In this document: piece by piece, positions 50,516 to 57,969 of the stretch | Layout of the letters: the number at the start of each line of letters is the position of its first letter | Numbering within the stretch: position 1 is the first letter of the stretch | Program-made: the position numbers and the translations under genes | NCBI GenBank assembly: GCA_022813965.1 | Contig: JALDZS010000026.1 | Span: forward strand, 124,001-181,969 | Length of the DNA: 57,969 nt | Direction: 5' to 3' | DNA from: Toensbergia leucococca | Lineage: Eukaryota | Notes under the pieces: model-generated | What the model saw: only the letters and a program-made list of their open reading frames with translations | Told to the model about the DNA's origin: nothing | The model's database searches: none

Positions 50516-52272
50516 ATGGGTAGTTTTGTGGATCCTTCAATGCTCACCAACACTACTCCCGCCTCATTGCCTGCACCTTGCCTCCAGTCACTCGTCTCGC
50601 CAACTTCTTCCAAGCCTTCAGGAAGCAGGCTCAAGGATCGTATCAGGCGAAGAGTCAAAACCGCCTGCGATCGATGCAAGATCCGAAAGTTACAAGTACG
50701 AACCCTTTCCCACCAAATAATATATTGCATGCTCTATCAAAACACAGCAAAGTCAAAGTCATTGCTGACAATCCTGTCATTTTCCGTACAGTGCTGCGGC
50801 TCCGAACCGTGTACCCGTTGCAAGGCCAATAGCACTGTTTGTCAATTCTCCCACCGAATGAACCTTAATAGAAAAGCTGTGCCTATCGGGTAAGTCTTGA
50901 TTCTCTCAGCTTCCTCGATGAGGCCCACACTCTAGGTTTCCCTTTGGCCTTGATGGCACTTTCAGTGGACTCGACTAACACGTTACATGGCATGTTTTTT
51001 AAAAGTTATGTTGATTTTCTTGAGTCACAACAGCTTCAGCTCATTTCAGGCATCGAAGCTCTCTACAATAGATTAGTGGCCGGAAAAGCCTGGGAGGGGG
51101 AATTGGTCAAGTCAAGTGCAGATGGGCACCTGTTAATCCACACAATACTGGATCGGCTTGGTTTGTTGGAGTCGAAAGATGAAGCTCTTGAGTTTGTTTC
51201 GCATGTGCAAACAAAGAAAGGCTCCCTACAATATGCAAAACAAAAGAACAGTCCAACGAGTCCGCATTGCCCAGAACAGCTGGTCACTCCAAGCCCATCG
51301 AGTGTGGAGGCAAGCCTCGATGATAGGCGTTCTTCCGTTGATTCCATCTCTTCGCCTACGTCTTTTGTACTTCCTGTCGTCGCAGGCATGGAAGACAGTA
51401 GCATCTTCCAATTCGATGGTGTCCCAAATTCTGCGTCCTCGATCGAAATACCCATGAATGATAGTTTCGAGTCGAATCTATTCTCCTGGGCAGATTCTCA
51501 GCAAGCTTGTCCTCGCCTGAGCTGTGCTATCTCTACGCTGCCCTGGGATCAGCAGCAGCAACAGCAGCAATGGCTTGTGAATGAGTCTCCCACTGTTCAA
51601 TGTCAAACCCAAACCGGAGCTATCATGATGCAAAACGTGTCGTGGGGCCAGCAACAACAATGGCCATCCAACGAGTCTTCCTCGTACTGTCGCCGAGACC
51701 AGCTAGATGATGAAACAATGCAGGAGATAAGCTGGGAAAAGCAGCAGCAATGGGTATCGAGCTGCTCACCTTCCTTGCAAACCCGATTGAACTCGTCTCA
51801 GTCCGTGTTAAACAATGCCACGACACTGCAAAGCGCAGGTGTGATGAGCGCCCCAGAACATAAGAGAAGTACCAAGAAGCCAAAGCCCTCGGCGAGGAAG
51901 CAGGTGCCGAAAGATCTAGAAAAACCAAAGATGAAAAAGGAGCCTTTAGTGAAGAGAAGTGCGCACAGTGTGATCGAAAAGCGGTATCGTATGAGTTTAA
52001 ATGGAAAGATCGAAGCGTTGCGAGACAGCGTGCCGAGCCTACGGCCGACGTCACTGATAAGTCGGGACGATGGCGAGGCAGATGGAAAGACCAGGCCAAG
52101 CCCAACCGTTCCAGAGCCTGTAGTAAAATTGAACAAAGCTACCATCTTAGCCAAGACCACGGAATACATTCGTCATTTGGAGGAGCGGAATAAGCAGATC
52201 TGTGATGAAAGTCAGGCAGTCCGGACGCAGCTTGACACTTTTGAACGTCTCAGCCTCGCGAGCGCTGTATGA
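50516..52272 (+). CDS. dual-domain transcription factor: N-terminal Zn2Cys6 (Fcr1-type) plus C-terminal SREBP-type bHLH-ZIP, ~514 aa
   Basis: Exons 50516-50695, 50792-50889 and 51006-52272. CDRCKIRKLQ/CCGSEPCTRCKANSTVC fits CX2CX6CX5CX2CX6C, followed by PIG/YVDFLESQQLQLISGIEALY; the C-terminus has KRSAHSVIEKRYRMSLNGKIEALRDSVPSLR...KLNKATILAKTTEYIRHLE. Confidence 0.85.
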
Positions 52273-52854
52273 AATGAGATGGAAGCACGGATGTCATTGC
52301 AAATTAACATTTGCAATTTCTGTGGACTTGCATTTTGCATGTTCGTTAGGCTGTCTCCCCATGTTTTCGAGGACATGAATGTCAACTTTCTGAAGAGATA
52401 AGAAACTAGCCCGTATATAATTTAGCTTTTCTTCTGAAATTGGTAATCCTAAATAGCCTGTTCATGTTTTCAGCTTTTCCTCTTTCATGAGTAATTCTAA
52501 AAAATATCAAGAAGTAAATTCGGAAAGCGAGTTTAGGCGAGCCAATCTTCAACTTCCATGTCAGGTTTGAGGGGCGAAGAAAAATATCGTAATGGACGAT
52601 AGACGAATGAATGTGAGTCCATGCTCAAAGTTCCAGCTCGATCATTTCACTAGGCCCCTGGTCAGATTGGAAAATGCGTGTCGTTGTTCACCAAAGATCA
52701 TGTCTACAAAACCGATGCTTAATCTATCGAGACAGGCCAAGAAGAAAGATGCAACCTCCCAAGAAATCCAAGCGGTAGGACAACACAAACCCGTGTACAT
52801 GTAAATAAGCAAAGTCTAGCCACCGTATCAAAGAGAAAGCAGCGCCTCGTTGGT

Positions 52855-53942
52855 TTAGAATGTGCATTGCAATTCACGTAATCCCTCAGATAATCTGGTC
52901 ACTGCCTTCGCCCCATAAGAGCCTAACCTTCTTATCTTGCCTCGACCCTTCAATTCCTCGTATCTTCCCCATCTTATGACTAGATACGTCTCGCGGGGAT
53001 CCTGGGGGTCTCTAAAGAGCCGAGCATTGTCGTTTGAAGGCGAGGCGAGTTTTTCGATTTTCGAGCGTTGTATGCTGTGGCGATGGAAAATGCCACTAGA
53101 ATTCAGGTGGGCGAGGCGAGAGACGGAGCATGCCGTGGAGAGGCGGCGGGCTTCTAAAAGAACACAAAATCAGTAATGTGAAAGCATGTAAATGAATTAG
53201 AAGGGACAGCTAAGCAAGGCCGAGGATAACAGGAATAGTGAAGAGAAAGATCAAAAAAGGGCCGATGTAAGATGCAACGGTCGTAGTCAAGGTAGAAAAT
53301 TACTCTCTGTGCCATGTGAAGAAATATGAGTCGAAGCTAGCCCTGTAGGACGTGGCCATTGGAATAGGACTCCAAAGGAAATAGCAATTGCTGATTAAAG
53401 TCTGACTGCTAAGATGCGAGGAGCTGAAAGAGGGACACGGGTGTAACGAAGTAGTCAAATCGAGAATACACCGATAACAAAGCCGCGAATTAACAGTAAT
53501 AGATTGCTGACTTACCTCTATTCGTTTTCATCCTTTCCAGGAAATTGCGGATCACTGCATTGTGCCTGCAGAAACTCTCGAGGATCCGAGTCGATCTTCC
53601 TTTGCTCTGAGCACGTTCCAGAAACGCTCTCTCCTCATCGATCATCCTCTGATAGAGGCTACCTTGTCTAGTATTATCCCCCATAACGCGTCCCTGGGAA
53701 TGATCAGACTCGTTCTTGGCGGTCTTCATAGTATCAGCATCAATTGCCGAGATAATGATATCTATGTGACGATCAAGGGTGGAGGGCCCGCTTTTTGGGT
53801 CGCCAATGGTAAAAGGACTGCTTGCCGGCGCTGTGTCAATGTAAGTTCTACCCATGCAGGCACCAATCAGGCCTGCTTCTCGGACCGCGGCGCAGACAGC
53901 GATCTTCTCATTTGAGGATGACTCCGACCCGAAAGTACACAT
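52855..53942 (-). CDS. hypothetical protein (at least 2 exons; start uncertain)
   Basis: ORF 53490-53942 contains a gtaagt donor at 53515; an acceptor (tactgat...ttttag) at 53154 gives a further ~100 in-frame codons to TAA at 52855. Confidence 0.4.
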
Positions 53943-55396
53943 CTCTGCCGCTTTTGCTTGCTAGAAGTATGCTGATAATAGAATTTGAGCTAGCTTGAAA
54001 GAGCTTCAGAGTAAATAACGAGAACCTGATGATGCTAGTAGTACCCCCGAGATCTGATGAATGTGTATAGGAATGTCCAATTGTGTTGTGTAACACGATA
54101 TCTGATAAACAAGTATGGGATTAAACGATCGTTATATTAAATGCAGGATGATGGCTCCTGTAATAGCATAGGGTCTGATAAATAATGAGAGTAACCGATT
54201 ATCGTATGCAACCCAATTGTTCTTTAGTACCACGAGGTAAGAGAAATGAATATGGAAGGAAACAAGTGATGTGGACGAAGACGAAACAGGGACACGGTCA
54301 ATTTATGCAGAGTAGGAATACATGCTTTGAAAGTATTTCGCCGAAGATGCAATAGTACTAGAATATACTTCGACCATCCTTCTTCATACAGCGCACCATT
54401 TCCACTTTTTTCTGGTTCTTACTTTTTCAGTAGCTGTCCACGGATAGCCAAGCAATCTGAGTCTGATTAAGCATAAAAGGATCTGTGCAAATTAGCATCG
54501 GAGAACAGAGACTCGCCTGGATCAAGTCTTCTCGGAAACTTTGAGTCTCGAGCCAAGAACAGAGAGCCGTATCTTGAGAACATAATTCTAGCTGCCTGGG
54601 GCCACTGCTTGCATGCCCGATCAATACCTAGATCTTGGACTAGCTGAAGTCATTGAGAATCTTGATCTCTTTTTTCCTTCCGGGTACTGACCATGAGCAG
54701 GGGCAGGTCAAAGTGTGAACGCTTCTTATGGCTAAAGCACGAGTCGAGCCCAATGATAACCTTTTATTGTACATTACTACGCGAATTGAGAGTAAGACCA
54801 CTTCAATGACTTGATCTTTCGCCAAACTATCCTGCTAATATAAGTATGTTCACATGGTAGAGTACTAGAAACGAATGTTTTTCGGTAGTGCAGGATCACC
54901 AAACATCGGGACATTACTTACGTGGCTGGGAAATGGGAATTTAAGATATTTCAATTTATTGGTGCTCATTTTCTTTTGGGGTTTGAAACGAGCAGAGGAT
55001 GTTTGTGCGAAGCAATTAAGGAGTCTTGAGACGGCTTAGGGTGATGCAACGATTACTAGTTGAACTCTCGTACGAGTACTCGTAGACTAAAACAATTAAA
55101 GACACGTGCCTCGGGTATTCTAGTACCTACGGAGTACTCGTACTCGTACTCGTCTTGTGATAGGTACTCGTTCGTGAGTGTCGAGGAGATACTCCTCATA
55201 CTGTACCTATTCTACAGCGGAAGCGCGCAACTCTATTCTACTTGTGGATTACGAAATCTAGTTGGCTGGTACTCTACCCTCTGACATATGTCGACCGAAG
55301 AATATCATCACAGTAGGCGGCCCCTGTGGACTTCTCGACAATCAAGATAACCAATCGTTCCATTCTTGAGACCCGCGTACCTTTGGAGAAACAGTC

Positions 55397-56978
55397 ATGG
55401 TCACTATCATCGGATATGTTTCACGGGATATTAGGTTCCCAGTACGCGGCCGACCATCTTTGCTAGAAAAGTAAACGACTGATTTTCTCAGACTTCCCTC
55501 GACAAGACGGGGTCTGACGCAATGAATGCTGCCGGAGACTACTCTTCCGCCTACTGTATCCTGCAAACCGACACTAAATATACAGGACATGGCATGGTAA
55601 ATGCCATCGAGTTGGCTACGAATATCTATGCGCTGTTCTAAATCATCTTTCAGACTTTTACAATCGGCCGCGGTAATGAGATTGTTTGCGTGGCTATCAA
55701 CACTCTAGCCGATAAAGTGAAGGGTAAACCTCTCGAGTCGCTAGTCTCGGATTGGGGAAAGACATGGCGATACCTTGTGTCCGACAGTCAGCTCCGATGG
55801 ATTGGCCCGGAGAAAGGTGTTATGCATTTGGCTCTCGGTGCAGTCATCAACGCCATCTGGGATTTATGGGCGAAGACGTTGGGGAAACCAGTATGGCGGA
55901 TCGTTGCAGAAATGAGCCCTGAAGAATTCGTTCGCTGCATAGATTTCAGATATATCACCGATGCCATTACACCCGAAGAAGCCATTGGGATTCTGAAGGA
56001 GGAAGAGGGTGGGAAGGCAAAAAGAATGGCAGAAGCTGAGAGAAATCGTGCAGTTCCTGCATATACGACGACGGCGGGGTGGTTAGGCTACGATGAGGAA
56101 AGAATGAAAGCTCTGCTGAAGGAAACTCTCAGCGAGGGCTATCGACATTTCAAACTGAAAGTAGGGACAAGTATAGAGGCAGACAAGCGAAGACTTGAGA
56201 TTGCGAGGGATGTCATCGGCTACGACCAGGGTAATATCTTGATGATAGATGCGAACCAGGTAAGCTTCGGTAGACAACTCATATATCCAGCAATTGAGTC
56301 GGCTCAAGTCAATCTTACTCGCTTCTCAGGTATGGTCAGTGCCAGATGCAATTGAATACATGCAACATCTGGCACCATATAAACCTTGGTTCATCGAGGA
56401 GCCCACTTCTCCTGACGACATTTTAGGCCACAAAGCCGTCCGAGAAGCTCTGCAACCCTTGGGCGTCGGTGTCGCTACAGGGGAAATGTGCCAGAATCGA
56501 GTAATATTCAAGCAGCTCCTTACCTCTGGTGCCATTGATGTATGTCAGATTGATGCTTGCAGATTGGGGGGGGTGAATGAGGTGCTCGCGGTCTTGCTGA
56601 TGGCGAAGAAGTAGGGACTCGTTGCGTGTTTTTATGCACACGGCGGACGATGCTGACTACGGTATCTCCAGATTTGGAATCCCGATTGTCCCTCATTCTG
56701 GTGGGGTTGGATTGCCGGAATACACTCAGCATCTCAGCACGATCGATTATGTCTGTGTTTCTGGGAAGCTTTCTGTCCTAGAGTATGTTGATCACCTACA
56801 TCAGCACTTTCACCACCCGGCTGTAATCAAGGACGGTTACTATCAGACACCAACTGAGCCTGGATACAGTGTTGAAATGAAAGAGACTAGCATGAAAGAG
56901 TATAGCTTCCCAGGGAAGGAGGGCAGCTGGTGGCAGAGTGAGGAAGCTAGGGTTATATTAGATAGAGAAAAAATATAG
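55397..56978 (+). CDS. lgd1: L-galactonate dehydratase (enolase/mandelate racemase superfamily; D-galacturonate pathway)
   Basis: [33 protein letters not shown].../[65 protein letters not shown]; closely resembles lgd1/gaaB as I recall them. Confidence 0.9.
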
Positions 56979-57049
56979 CAAGTTCCTTCAGAACGCATTG
57001 TTACGGATATTATAATTATCCTCCACGCACCATGTCAGATTGGGCCTAG

Positions 57050-57969
57050 CGTCCCCATACACCTAGATATAGAGAGCTTACGCACCTAGTTAGCTTTCTC
57101 ATTCATTCATCATACTATTCAACTATACTTTATCAGAGATATTACTCACATTATGTGATTATCCCTAACACACATCCATTTTTTAATATTTTACTAAAAT
57201 TTATTTCTGATACTAAAACTTTGTTATTCTATTATCTGTCACTCAGAAGATCTAATTATTGTACTCTGTAGTCCTTTAACATACATTTAATAACTATATT
57301 TTTTTAGGCTTGTAATATTTCTATATCTTATTTCAATATCCTCATACCTCATTTTGATATTCTGACACCCCCTCTTAATACTATTACCTAATTTAGTAAT
57401 AGTACCCTTAGGTGCATAGAGAATTATCATGATTTTGCATTACATTAGTACTTAATTCTTTATTACTATACAAATCATTTACTTATTTTATTTACATCTC
57501 ATTTAGAAGCATGAATTCTCAGGAGAAACATTGTAATTTTAACTTAACGTTTTATCCCTCTTATAGGCGCAATGTTAACTAGAAAAACATTGTGACCTTA
57601 AATCACAATTTAACGCAATTTATTATCTTCATTACATCACTCAACTCTATACTTATTAAATATAGTACATCATTTACAAAAGATCAGGTAGTAGAATAAT
57701 AAATGATGAGATGAGAATAAAACACATCAGCATTGCGCTCAGGTAAAGAACTCAAAAAAAATAAGTGTAAAGTCACTAGAATATGATTCATTTTATATAA
57801 CTACTTCTAAATGACATGTAATTGAGAGAGTAGATAATATGCAATGAAGGCAAAGAATTGCATTGAGTTGTAATGCAAAATTATGATGTTTTGATATCTA
57901 GATACCTATCTGACATTGCACTCAGTGATAACTATGCCTAATCAGATCTAATCATTGCTAAATTAGATA
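57050..57969. repeat. AT-rich, CpG-poor, ORF-free tract; probable mutated (RIP-like) transposon remnant continuing beyond the window
   Basis: Abrupt compositional shift just after the lgd1 stop, TpA-rich, no ORFs of 60 aa or more. Confidence 0.5.

Overview
This is eukaryotic, intron-rich genomic DNA from a filamentous ascomycete (Pezizomycotina; a finer placement cannot be made from the sequence alone). About 19 recognisable conserved genes are present: an LlmF-like methyltransferase, KRR1, GCP2/SPC97, PUP2, a Zn2Cys6 TF, a GNAT, DDI1, RRP8, MET13, NOG1, YCH1/ibp1, an enoyl-CoA hydratase, a SUR7-family gene, mpdA, TIM21, GLO3, FOL1, a nitronate monooxygenase and lgd1/gaaB. There are also a few orphan genes. 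Most short ORFs in the supplied track are shadow or antisense frames, or exon fragments. Standout items: (1) a 3-exon gene at 50516-52272 joining an Fcr1-type Zn2Cys6 cluster to an SREBP-type (Tyr-containing) bHLH-ZIP, i.e. two unrelated DNA-binding domains in one TF. (2) A ~1.4 kb AT-rich island in the GCP2/PUP2 divergent promoter containing a ~92-bp tandem array and a TA-flanked hairpin MITE with perfect arms. (3) Intergenic clusters of TA-CTCG-TA/TA-CGAG-TA words identical to the MITE ends, possibly excision footprints. (4) An interstitial (TTAGGC)16 tract. (5) A FOL1 whose DHNA domains look catalytically degenerate. All splice models were deduced by eye from GT/AG and branch-site motifs plus frame continuity, with no transcript data.
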